A stretch of 64,000 nt of DNA, from NCBI RefSeq assembly GCF_018350175.1, contig NC_058369.1, positions 20,152,001-20,216,000 of the forward strand, written 5' to 3'. Positions 55,801 through 62,687 of this stretch are shown piece by piece. This DNA is from Felis catus (lineage: Eukaryota). The position numbers and the translations under genes are program-made. Under the pieces are notes generated by a model that saw nothing but the letters and a program-made list of their open reading frames with translations, was not told where the DNA came from and searched no databases. Within the stretch, counting starts at the first letter, position 1, and the number at the start of each line of letters is the position of its first letter.

Positions 55801-58800
55801 TTCCTTTAGGCGCTAGCATTTCCCTCTCAGTACCTGGCGCTGGAAGAGCACAAACCCCAGCCTCTTCGGGCACACTTGAGTTATAACTGCCTCAGAACAA
55901 AGCTAGGGGCTAGGTCTCTGAATTATGAGCTGCTTCCCTGCTGCTGATAGCCTAAAAGGGAAATTATGTTTGCCTAGCTCCATTAGAGAAAAGACACATT
56001 TCTTATCAGTGGTATTTGGTCTCCAGGAGGAGTTGGCCAACAGTATTTATATGTCCCCTGCTGTTTCTGCAGAGTGGCACCTTCTAGCCCAAGATCCAGC
56101 CATTCTTCCTTTCCTCTCCTCTCCTGCAAAGTTGCTCACCTCAGCTGTGGCTGGGGGAGAGGTGTGAACGGACCAGTATTCTGGCGCTGGCCTCCTTCCT
56201 TGGCATAGATGGACACTCTGTTTCCCTTTGTCCAAGGCCCACTCTACCCTGCATCCATAGCATGTGGATGCCAGGAACTGGGCCTCTCTGCAAGCCTAAA
56301 AGCACCCTCATTCCCACAGCCCTCCCTTTTCTTGGGAAGCCACGGGTGGAACCAGACCTAAGCCACAACTCTTGGGCTGTATACTCTTCCCTCCAGCAGG
56401 CACACCAGTCCTTGCCTGAAAACCCTTTGTGCATCCCAAATCCAGTCAGTAGGCAGAGAAGCAGTAGGGTGGGAACAGCTTGTATGTTACCAGAGGCCTT
56501 TTGGGGGGCAACTCCTGCCCACACCCTGGCTGTGCACTAGCTCTAGGATGGGGCAGTCTGTGCCTCCTGCCCCCTGTGCTCCCTGCTTTTCCTGTTAGGC
56601 CAGGGCAGTTGGAGAGCCCTGACTTGGCTCTGGTGAGGAGCTCTGTGGCCTGCATTCTGTCTGCATTCTGTCCCATCAGCCCGTTCCACTCTGCTCTGCT
56701 CACTTCTGTTCTCTGTCCTCTTCTGACAAATCCCGGAGGCTGCAGGTGTTCACTCCTTGCTGCACTGTCTCTCAGCTTGCCTCACCCTGAGTACTCTTCA
56801 GACGTCAGTCAGTCCACTCTGCTGCCATCCTCTTAAGCAGCTTCTGTCCTTGGTCACTCTCCCCCATGGGCCACAGTGTCTCACGTGGCCAGTGTTTTTG
56901 GGGGGCTGGCATGCCACTCACACATGTGCTGGCTACACAGTGCACACCTGGAGAAGCCATAGGCTGTAAGATGGGCTTCTCCCTGAGGATGGCTCAGAAG
57001 TAACCTCCCTTCATGCCATCTGTTTCCACCCTTCAGCAGTGCCAGCAGCCCCCAGCAGCTGGAGCCTGGATAGCGGAGCCCGAGAGGCCCAGCCCTTCCT
57101 GTCTGCCCACATGGGGCGCATCCTGGCCCCCCCAGTGCCTCCCCGAAGCCTGCTGCATGGTAAGAAGACCTCCAGCGGGTCCCCCAGATAGCCCCTGGTT
57201 TCAGACTCGACTCAGAGGCGAGGGTAGCAGCCCTCGAGACTAAGAAGATGGGCCGTTCTCTGGGCTGACTCAGCCAAGGAAGAAATATCCCCACCACAGG
57301 AAGAAGCCTGCTGGGCTTTGGGGTCATGAGGTTTCCAAGTACAGCAGGTGAGCTCAGGAAGGCCTTCCCAACCAGGGGGGCTGAAGACAATGGAACAGAC
57401 TGTGCTGGCCGGCTCCTCACCAGCCTGTCGGAGAGCTACAACTGCCTGTGGCCCACCGTTCCATGGGCTTGGCCGTACTTGACCTTCTTGACCTTCTGTG
57501 TGGCACAGGTGCCTTTTACTCCAGCAGCCTGTTTTGGAGAACTTCAGTGAAAAAAGAGGTTTTTCTGTGACCTTCAGTGCTGAGGGGTGCCCAGGAGACT
57601 CTTCCCACAGCCATGCAGTTGGAAGATGTGCCAGCACACAGCCCAAGAAAGCCCCAGCTAAGGCTCTTGTTCTATTCCCTTTGCAGGTCATTACTCCCTA
57701 CACTTTGACGCCTTCCACCACCCCCTGGGTGACACCCCCCCGGCCCTGCCTGCCCGGACTCTGCGCAAGGTAATGTATTGAAGCAACAACCCCACAAGAG
57801 TGTGAAAGGAATCTTCTTGTCTGCTCTGGAATCTCCTGGGTCTACAAAAAGAACCGCAGCCCTTCCGTGCTCCTCTGTCCCAGAGCAACCAGCCTGGCAG
57901 AAGCTGGGGGTGGCCAGAGCCACACTTGTGATGCAGATGACCCATGTGTCCTGCAATCAATGCGATGGGGACAGGGAGGTCAGAGGGTCCTGGGGACAGC
58001 AACACACGAGTACCCTGAATGCATCAGCAAGGGGCAGTGAGGGGCTTGGGGGCTCCCTGCTGACACCACTAGGTATCGATGCACTATAGTTCAAGAAGTG
58101 AAAAAACATTTCCATGGTAGATCAGAGAGCATTTTACACTAGAGGCCAGTCAAAAGCAAGAAACAGGAGGCAGCAAAGCCTTATGAAAACTCCTTTTCTG
58201 CTTGTTGGAAAAGACAGACTCTGTCACAGATTTTAGCAACAGAATGCATTCATCTGGCCCGTGTCCCCTGGGGTTCTTCCTGCTCTCTGCACTGGCCTGC
58301 CCACCCAGCCCTTCTGTCAGCACCCCAGAGCCACATGGGATATAAATGCCTAGCAGCCAGGCCAGGGCCATTTTTGTCCACAGAAATGTAGCTGATTCTG
58401 GGGTTCCACTGGCTTGCTTGGAGGCAGCTGCTGAAGAAACAAATGTGTAGCCAATATGTGCGGGTACTTGGTCCTCTCTTCACCTAGTGGGCCAGCCCAC
58501 CTGTCTGGAGAAAGGGATTCTAATATGCCCACCCTTTCCTTTGCAGTCTCCTCTCCACCCTATCCCAGCCTCCCCCACAAGCCCCCAGTCAGGTCTGGAC
58601 GGCAGCAACTCTACACTGTCTGGCAGTGCCAGCAGCGGCGTGTCCTCCCTGAGCGAGAGTAACTTTGGGCACTCCTCAGAGGTCCCACCTCGAACTGACA
58701 CCATGGACTCCATGCCGAGCCAGGCCTGGAATGCAGATGAAGATCTTGAGCCACCCTACCTCCCTGTCCACTACAGCCTCTCTGAGTCCGCCGTTCTGGA

Positions 58801-59056
58801 CTCCATCAAGGCCCAGCCATGCCGAAGCCACTCAGCACCGGGGTGTGTCATCCCTCAGGACCCCATGGACCCACCTGCGCTGCCACCCAAGCCCTACCAC
58901 ACCCGCCTGCCAGCCCTGGAGCACGATGAAGGCGTGCTGCTACGTGAAGATGCTGACAGGCCTCGGGGCCTGCACCGCAAGGCCTCGCTGCCCCCAGGGA
59001 GCGCCAAGGAAGAGCAGGCCCGCATGGCCTGGGAACACGGCCGAGGGGAACAGTGA
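686..59056 (+). CDS. DOCK3: DOCK3 (dedicator of cytokinesis 3), 3' half; 25 coding exons in window, 5' part of gene lies upstream
   Basis: Exons listed below all have AG/GT boundaries with matching phases and join to 3076 nt (about 1024 aa + stop), [11 protein letters not shown]...[10 protein letters not shown], matching recalled human DOCK3; MANF immediately downstream matches the known DOCK3-MANF gene order. Confidence 0.97.
1282..1382 (+). CDS. DOCK3: DOCK3 window exon 2 ([34 protein letters not shown])
   Basis: Polypyrimidine tract + ctag| acceptor, AA|gtaaga donor, 101 nt. Confidence 0.95.
1645..1703 (+). CDS. DOCK3: DOCK3 window exon 3 ([20 protein letters not shown])
   Basis: ttccag| acceptor, G|gtaggt donor, 59 nt. 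Confidence 0.95.
2071..2197 (-). mobile_element. Short L1 3'-end fragment (carnivore/L1MA-type)
   Basis: poly-T then atagttaacatacagtgttatattag...; imperfect TSD cagaaacatagatct (2056-2070) / cagaagtatagatct (2198-2212). Confidence 0.75.
2986..3076. repeat. (TG)n microsatellite, interrupted
   Basis: About 45 dinucleotide units. Confidence 0.97.
3596..3762 (-). mobile_element. Truncated felid L1 3' end
   Basis: Matches the L1 3' UTR at 9900-10050 (cagtgctcatcccaacaggtgccctcctc). Confidence 0.85.
4196..4344 (+). CDS. DOCK3: DOCK3 window exon 4 ([16 protein letters not shown]...[11 protein letters not shown])
   Basis: ttcag| acceptor, CAG|gtaaga donor, 149 nt. Confidence 0.96.
5180..7663 (-). 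mobile_element. Old, diverged L1M fragment containing younger felid L1 3'-end inserts (about 5767-6094 and 7374-7426)
   Basis: Degenerate antisense ORF2/3' UTR motifs (gatgttgagcatctttt, gagagtggacatccttg); limits approximate. Confidence 0.75.
8028..8257 (+). mobile_element. CAN-SINE (SINEC_Fc-type, tRNA-derived)
   Basis: gggg head, gctcagtcagttaag A-box region, (CT)n, A tail; TSD aaggctatcgt / aagactatcat. Confidence 0.92.
8371..8919 (+). mobile_element. 5'-inverted truncated felid L1 (twin-priming type)
   Basis: 15-bp TSD aaaaagtggtctact (8356-8370, 8920-8934); 8371-8432 antisense ORF2 piece, remainder sense 3' end with poly-A. Confidence 0.88.
9044..9290 (+). mobile_element. CAN-SINE
   Basis: ggcacctgggtggctcggtcagttaag head, (CT)n, A tail; TSD acccataac. 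Confidence 0.92.
9896..14632 (-). mobile_element. Felid L1, about 4.7 kb including a nested insert, 5'-truncated in ORF1; ORF2 (start about 14313) broken by stops and frameshifts
   Basis: ORF track gives EN ([29 protein letters not shown]), RT ([24 protein letters not shown]) and C-terminal ([18 protein letters not shown]) pieces; TSD cttaatta(g/c)gttctt 9881-9895 / 14633-14647. Confidence 0.95.
12502..12856 (+). mobile_element. L1 3'-end fragment nested in opposite orientation inside ORF2 of the 4.7 kb L1
   Basis: 16-bp TSD taaatgtctggtagaa 12486-12501 / 12857-12872; ends in AATAAA plus A-rich tail. Confidence 0.92.
15149..15363 (-). mobile_element. CAN-SINE
   Basis: Antisense SINE body; TSD atgaca(t/c)gatatat. 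Confidence 0.92.
15555..15720. mobile_element. MER5A-like hAT-Charlie MITE
   Basis: Diverged match to recalled MER5A (ctgggagggcttattgaaacagattgct...tttctgat...atttctaa...tttgagaa). Confidence 0.6.
16374..18141 (-). mobile_element. Older L1 3' fragment (16374-16819 + 17797-18141) with a younger felid L1 (16820-17796) nested in the same orientation
   Basis: Inner TSD taaaccacattttcttt 16803-16819 / 17797-17813; ORF2 C-terminal ORF 17047-17616. Confidence 0.9.
18160..18379 (-). mobile_element. CAN-SINE
   Basis: Antisense SINE body ending ctgagccacacaggtgctccc. Confidence 0.92.
19160..19245 (+). CDS. DOCK3: DOCK3 window exon 5 ([29 protein letters not shown])
   Basis: ccctctag| acceptor, CT|gtaagc donor, 86 nt. 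Confidence 0.95.
19764..19973 (-). mobile_element. CAN-SINE, young
   Basis: Perfect 16-bp TSD tcatagctcctgtctt 19748-19763 / 19974-19989. Confidence 0.94.
20225..20440 (-). mobile_element. MIR fragment
   Basis: ttaatcctcacaacacacctgtgaag...gaaactgagatg core. Confidence 0.6.
20756..21012. mobile_element. hAT-Charlie MITE (MER112-like)
   Basis: Terminal inverted repeats cagcatttcccaa / ttgggaaatactg, about 257 bp; subfamily from memory. Confidence 0.55.
21846..21872 (+). CDS. DOCK3: DOCK3 window exon 6, 27-nt microexon (TQLFGPYPS)
   Basis: gagtag| acceptor, AG|gtaaga donor; phase 2-2; supplies the TQLFGPYPS peptide of recalled human DOCK3. Confidence 0.9.
22010..22105 (+). CDS. DOCK3: DOCK3 window exon 7 ([32 protein letters not shown])
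   Basis: ctaatag| acceptor, AG|gtatct donor, 96 nt. Confidence 0.95.
23430..24115. mobile_element. L2 fragments with embedded MIR (about 23650-23800)
   Basis: Diverged L2 3' motifs (cttgaggacagggaccttgtc) and MIR ggatttgaacccac; limits approximate. Confidence 0.5.
26477..26537 (+). CDS. DOCK3: DOCK3 window exon 8 ([20 protein letters not shown])
   Basis: tttccag| acceptor, ATG|gtgaga donor, 61 nt. Confidence 0.95.
27044..27137 (+). CDS. DOCK3: DOCK3 window exon 9 ([32 protein letters not shown]), start of DHR2 region
   Basis: ctcacag| acceptor, G|gtgagt donor, 94 nt. Confidence 0.96.
29431..29579 (+). CDS. DOCK3: DOCK3 window exon 10 ([16 protein letters not shown]...IIHYFNKGK)
   Basis: ccccacag| acceptor, AAG|gtaggt donor, 149 nt. 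Confidence 0.96.
30283..30745 (+). mobile_element. Two head-to-tail CAN-SINEs (30283-30510, 30526-30745)
   Basis: Two ggggtgcctgggtgg heads; first has TSD aaa(ac/gg)ctgaattt. Confidence 0.93.
30746..30866 (-). mobile_element. Short L1 3'-end fragment abutting the second SINE tail
   Basis: T-rich tail then tttacatccaaattagtta...gatttcagga...cccatttag. Confidence 0.65.
31802..31842. repeat. (TTA)n microsatellite
   Basis: About 13 units. Confidence 0.9.
33560..33760 (+). mobile_element. Old L1MC/MD-type 3' end fragment
   Basis: gatgtctgagatttgcttcaaaa...gggtgatgagtac...ttcatt...aataaaa. Confidence 0.55.
34123..34334 (+). mobile_element. CAN-SINE
   Basis: SINE body; TSD aa(c/g)tcattgtttct. 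Confidence 0.92.
34349..34895 (+). mobile_element. L1 3' fragment (carnivore/L1MA-type) containing a (TA)n/(CA)n compound microsatellite at about 34394-34511
   Basis: gatgaatggataaagaag...ctaagcaaaataagtcagagaaagacaaata...aataaaa; flanked by aagtcattg(t/c)ttc. Confidence 0.88.
35358..35444 (+). CDS. DOCK3: DOCK3 window exon 11 ([29 protein letters not shown])
   Basis: acacag| acceptor, CGG|gtgagc donor, 87 nt. Confidence 0.95.
36825..36929 (+). CDS. DOCK3: DOCK3 window exon 12 ([35 protein letters not shown])
   Basis: ttcacag| acceptor, CGG|gtgagt donor, 105 nt; DHR2 FRVGFYG motif. Confidence 0.96.
37941..38173 (+). mobile_element. CAN-SINE, young (CpGs retained)
   Basis: SINE body; TSD aaaaaaagccag 37931-37942 / 38174-38185. 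Confidence 0.93.
40793..40934 (+). CDS. DOCK3: DOCK3 window exon 13 ([14 protein letters not shown]...ILQCDAQY)
   Basis: tggcag| acceptor, T|gtatctttc U12-like donor, 142 nt. Confidence 0.94.
40935..41968 (+). other. DOCK3: Probable U12-type (minor spliceosome) GT-AG intron
   Basis: Donor T|GTATCTTTC; branch-like TTTCCCCTTCAC at 41946-41957 with A 12 nt from the 3' end. Confidence 0.75.
41969..42135 (+). CDS. DOCK3: DOCK3 window exon 14 ([12 protein letters not shown]...[15 protein letters not shown])
   Basis: cccag| acceptor, AAG|gtgaac donor, 167 nt. Confidence 0.95.
42279..42365 (+). CDS. DOCK3: DOCK3 window exon 15 ([29 protein letters not shown])
   Basis: ttacag| acceptor, CTG|gtgaga donor, 87 nt. 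Confidence 0.95.
42844..43023 (+). CDS. DOCK3: DOCK3 window exon 16 (VEVSPLENA...[15 protein letters not shown]), DHR2 nucleotide-sensor valine (AVNGG, codon 42994-42996)
   Basis: ctcag| acceptor, GAG|gtgagc donor, 180 nt; V-N/M-G-G sensor motif of DOCK DHR2 domains. Confidence 0.96.
43658..43741 (+). CDS. DOCK3: DOCK3 window exon 17 ([28 protein letters not shown])
   Basis: ttctcag| acceptor, CAG|gtatga donor, 84 nt. Confidence 0.95.
43864..43980 (+). CDS. DOCK3: DOCK3 window exon 18 ([39 protein letters not shown]), end of DHR2
   Basis: ctaatag| acceptor, CAT|gtaagc donor, 117 nt. Confidence 0.95.
45929..46050 (+). CDS. DOCK3: DOCK3 window exon 19 ([14 protein letters not shown]...KMTHRHS)
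   Basis: caacag| acceptor, AG|gtacgg donor, 122 nt. Confidence 0.94.
47324..47462 (+). CDS. DOCK3: DOCK3 window exon 20 ([14 protein letters not shown]...PEDLYHHMQ)
   Basis: ttcgcag| acceptor, CAG|gtacca donor, 139 nt. Confidence 0.94.
47985..48132 (+). CDS. DOCK3: DOCK3 window exon 21 ([15 protein letters not shown]...SAPSSARG)
   Basis: tttgcag| acceptor, G|gtaagg donor, 148 nt. Confidence 0.95.
48750..49289 (-). mobile_element. MLT1-type MaLR solo LTR, diverged
   Basis: gctggaatcatct...tccaagatggc...gcaaggcttctt...ccacattct...ggttgccatct...ctatcaca pattern; left limit approximate. Confidence 0.6.
51912..52030 (+). CDS. DOCK3: DOCK3 window exon 22 ([18 protein letters not shown]...ILENGQ)
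   Basis: ttacag| acceptor, CAG|gtagtg donor, 119 nt. Confidence 0.94.
53162..53249 (+). CDS. DOCK3: DOCK3 window exon 23 ([29 protein letters not shown])
   Basis: cctcag| acceptor, AAG|gtattg donor, 88 nt. Confidence 0.94.
57037..57159 (+). CDS. DOCK3: Putative alternative DOCK3 cassette exon, 41 codons ([42 protein letters not shown])
   Basis: cccttcag| acceptor (CAGCAG tandem), G|gtaaga donor, 123 nt, phase 1-1, stop-free; resembles recalled DOCK4 segment PSSWSLDSG...PPVPPR at the equivalent position. Confidence 0.8.
57687..57769 (+). CDS. DOCK3: DOCK3 window exon 24 ([28 protein letters not shown])
   Basis: tttgcag| acceptor, AAG|gtaatg donor, 83 nt. Confidence 0.95.
58547..59056 (+). 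CDS. DOCK3: DOCK3 terminal coding exon ([13 protein letters not shown]...PPALPPKP...WEHGRGEQ*)
   Basis: tttgcag| acceptor; 510 nt to TGA at 59054-59056. Confidence 0.96.
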   Translation, partial: SPLHPIPASPTSPQSGLDGSNSTLSGSASSGVSSLSESNFGHSSEVPPRTDTMDSMPSQAWNADEDLEPPYLPVHYSLSESAVLDSIKAQPCRSHSAPGCVIPQDPMDPPALPPKPYHTRLPALEHDEGVLLREDADRPRGLHRKASLPPGSAKEEQARMAWEHGRGEQ

Positions 59057-61625
59057 GGGGCAAGGAGGCGGCTGGGACGCCGCCCTCTGTGAGCAGCTTG
59101 CCCATCCACTCCAGGTCTGAAAAGCAAGTCCCCTCGCCAGGGAGCCAGAGAGGCCTGGCACTCAGGAGAGAACCACCCCGAGTCTACGTTCTACTGCCGT
59201 GAACTTGTGTGTTGCCATGTACAGAGGCCGCAGCAGCATGAAGGGTTGTGGCTTCTCTTTTTATTTCATTTTCTACGTTTCCATTCTATGGGTTTTCCTT
59301 TCTTTCCTTTGTGCAGTAGATGCTTTCTTCCTCCTGCAGTTCCAGACCACGTGGAGCTATATGGAGATATTGCACAGAGAGAATTGCTTTGCAGCTTTGC
59401 AGGGCCCAGGGGTAGGAGCTCCAGGCCCTCCCTCCAGGGCAGAGATGCACAGAAGAATGGAAATTGCACTAGGGACTTCTTCTGTTGCTGTGTGGACAGA
59501 AGAACTCATGGTTGTATTCAGGGATCGCAAGGACCACGTGGACTACATGTCACAGGTGGACAAGGGAGCTACAAGCCGTTTTGCACAAATGCCTACCCAC
59601 CTGCCCACTCTTCCATCCAGGAGTGCGAGACTGAGGGGCTGCTTGAGCCAACCTGCCAGCTCAGGCATGTGACCTGGCCTAACTGCATGCCCAGGGCACA
59701 CTGCCAAGCTTCCATGGGCCAGCTCTGTCTCTCACTCTACCTTGGATTTTTCCATCGCTTTTATTTGACCATTTGCTCCCTTACATTCTCCATACACCTC
59801 ATGCCCTGCAGGAGCCCCCTTGATGAATGGATCTGCAAAGGTTATCTCCCACCCTCTGCCCCCTGGCGCTTGTGTGGGGGTGTGGAGCCAGAGGCCCTAG
59901 CAACCTTCTTCCCCATGGCCCAGGAGGCCAAGTGTTGAGAGACAAGCTGGTATAGAGCGAGGCTGGGGTGTGGCAGGGGCCAGAAATCCTCTTTCAGAAG
60001 TGGCCAGAATGCCTGTCATCCAGTTCCTGAATCAGGGATTTTCAGCACTACCTCTGAGCAGTGGGGCTGGCTGCCCAGCCAGGCTTCCAGCCCTGAGGAC
60101 TCGTGGTAAGGTTCAGCAAGCTTCTAGGTAAAGAGGGTGGGAGGAAGCCCCTCCTTTGGAAGCAGAGAGCCACACAGGTTGAATTATCCTCTCTCAAGTG
60201 GCCAACTGTAGCTCACCGCCCCCCCCCCTCCCTCCAAGCCCACGGGGACCACCACTCAGGGTTCAGGGTGGGCAGGAGGGCAGTTTCTCCAGCCTTCCCA
60301 GTCTTTTGGGCAGAGCGCAATGGTATCTTTATAGGAAACTTTTTCAGGTCAGGGCACGGATTTTTCTCTTGGTTTATTATTTGGGGGGGGGGGGATAAGG
60401 TGGGGTGGTAGTAGTATTTTACCAGGGTGCTTCTAAGTTACTTAAAAAAAAAAAGTCTACAAAATTTTTTTTTCATTTGCATAAGTTCACAACTTTGATG
60501 GTCACAAGGCTGCCTTCTCCTTATTGAGCAGATGTGTTCTCCCCTAGTTCCTCTTCCGGCCAGGCCCTGGGCCCTAGACGTCCATCCTTTCCCCCACAGC
60601 CCACCTTTCCAAACAGACAAGGCCAGCCAAGGTGTTCTTTTCTTGTAAACAAATGCCAGCTTATTGAACAGGAAATGCCAGCAAGTAACCAATTGGGTAG
60701 ATGGAGGGCCACATTACCTTCAGGGCATCTGGGGGTGTCTCCCACCAGTGTGGGTCGTTTCTGATAATTATAAAGATAGCTCTAGGTAGAGTGGGTGAGT
60801 CATGGCAACCCTGACCTCAGAGGGCAGGCATAGAGTATGTGGTGTTCACAAGTGTTAGAGAGTTGGGGGCTAGCTCTGGATTTGAATTTTAGGTAGAAGG
60901 GCATCTTTAGATTTTAGGGCACTTCTGAACCTCAATCCCTGGACAAGGCAGTCATCACATAAGAACATCGACCTTCTCCACCTTGTAGCACAGGAGGGTA
61001 GGGAGGGCAGTGTGGGTTGTGGGTTCGTTTGGCCTTGCTTTTTTATGTAAGGTAGGCTAGGTTTGTCTTCCCTTTCCATTTTCCCTAACTGGATGAAAGG
61101 ACATAATCCAAATCCCTTTTGTTGGAGAACGGCCAGTCTGAGGGGAAGTGGGAGGCCAGAAATGAGAATCCTCTGAAAAGATTGTGAAATACTGATTTTC
61201 ATTCTTTCAAGCTTATTTGTAAATACCTATTTGAATGCTGTGTATTTGTACAGGAATTTGAGCAAAAAATGTATAGAGTGTGATGTCCAATTGGTATTCA
61301 GCCCTATAAATGTGTTTTTTAACCTCTGGCATTCTGTGCTTATTTAAAATAAGAAAACTTCTAACCATTTTTTTTGTGTGTATTTATGTTTAAAAAAGTG
61401 GTTTAAAAATTATCTTATACCTGTACCAGAAAGCAAAGTTAAGAGGAAAAACAATTTGTACTAGTGTCCCAAAAGGTATTTTACTGTATATATTGTGGTA
61501 GCATGTTCTAAATCCAACAAGTAATGTGAATTTTAGATGTAAATATCTGCCACTTGATTCTCCCCCTTTCCCCACTCCTTTGACTGCTGTGATGTGAATT
61601 AAAGATGAATACCTGATACTGACCC
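59057..61625 (+). other. DOCK3: DOCK3 3' UTR (3' end approximate)
   Basis: No interspersed repeats recognised after the stop; AU-rich TGTA-rich distal block ending at ATTAAA. Confidence 0.75.
61598..61603 (+). terminator. Polyadenylation signal ATTAAA of DOCK3
   Basis: Common PAS variant preceded by multiple TGTA (CFIm) motifs at the end of the AU-rich block. Confidence 0.7.
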
Positions 61626-62412
61626 ACTGAATTCACTGAATGGGAGCAGCCCAAGTGCCCCTCTCCATCCCTTGTCGCTGGGCTCCAAGCCCTTTAGCCC
61701 CATAGAAACCTCTCTGCACGGAGCACGGAGCCAGCCTTTTCCACGCCCTGCCTTCAGACAGCCAGCCAAGCCCTGCACTTGGAAGGGAGGGCAGCCAAAG
61801 AGGAAACCCCCTCAAGTGCTCGTCGGCTGACTCGCGGGCCCCCACCCAGGAGGCGCCCCCGGCAGCCAGGGATCCTGAGGCTCGGTGGGAAAGCCGGAGG
61901 CGGCGGGCCAGTCCTTTAGCTCCCCGCTGAGGCGGGCCGGCTCGGATCGTACAGCCACAGCACCTAAGGAGGCCAGGCGCTCCCCGAGGCCTAGGACGGC
62001 CGCTCGGAGGGGGCCCTTCCAATGAGAAATCCTCCAGCCCAGCTTCTGTCCACCCCGGCCGGCGTCCAATTAGCTCCTACAGGACGGGTTCCGGCCTGAT
62101 GCGGACATTCAGACCCGGTCGGCAAGCCTCGCGGGCGCAAGAGCTTCCGCAGACGTTCCCGAAGCCTGGATCCTCCGCCCACGGTATCGTTTGAAAAAAA
62201 GAAAAGAACCTCCCCGAAACCTGGCCTGCAGCGGTCTGCTCTCCCTGCCTGCCCTTGGGGCCCCGGGGCGGGGAGGGGTTTTTCGGGCAGACGTGGGTCC
62301 CAGAGCAGGGACTACTCGGGACAAGTCTGGCGCAAAGCTGAAGCCGAACCCCACACCAGTCCTCTGCGCCAGTGCGCGGCGCCCCGCCTCTGTCACAGCT
62401 GCTGCCCCTACT

Positions 62413-62424
62413 CAAGATGGCGGC
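62413..62424 (+). promoter_or_regulatory. YY1 consensus site
   Basis: CAAGATGGCGGC, full-length YY1 motif in the CpG island. Confidence 0.65.
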
Positions 62425-62525
62425 CCGGACCCCTTCCGCCGCCTTCGCGGCCGCTTCCTGCCGGCCCCCCTGGTTCAATCAGCGGCCGACAACTGTCTAG
62501 GGCCAAGGGCGGGCGAAGCTACCAG

Positions 62526-62625
62526 CCAATAAGAAAGGGCAGCGTGGAGCGGCCCGTCTGGGCTCCCGGGCGCGTGGACCAATGAGAGCGCGGCGTGTGG
62601 GAGGGCGCGGGGTCCGCCCGCCAAT
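62526..62625 (+). promoter_or_regulatory. Three CCAAT (NF-Y) boxes at 62526, 62579, 62621 with GC boxes
   Basis: CCAAT pentamers in the same orientation; GGGCGG at about 62507 and CCGCCC at about 62614. Confidence 0.7.
62573..62583 (-). promoter_or_regulatory. ERSE-II (ATTGG-N-CCACG) ER-stress response element
   Basis: + strand CGTGGACCAAT = exact reverse complement ATTGGTCCACG; MANF is an established UPR (ATF6/XBP1s) target. Confidence 0.88.
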
Positions 62626-62687
62626 GGGGAACTACGGCGCGCGGCCGGGACCCGGAGGCAGCTCCTCACGGCGGGCGCGGTTCAGTC

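Noticed and set aside
59199..59938. 243-aa and 157-aa ORFs downstream of the DOCK3 stop
   Set aside because: Non-ATG starts, no recognisable domain, inside the 3' UTR; the stop context TGAGGG is not a readthrough motif
60216..60408. C-run and G-run in the 3' UTR as a hairpin or G-quadruplex
   Set aside because: Simple homopolymer tracts; no specific evidence for structure from sequence alone
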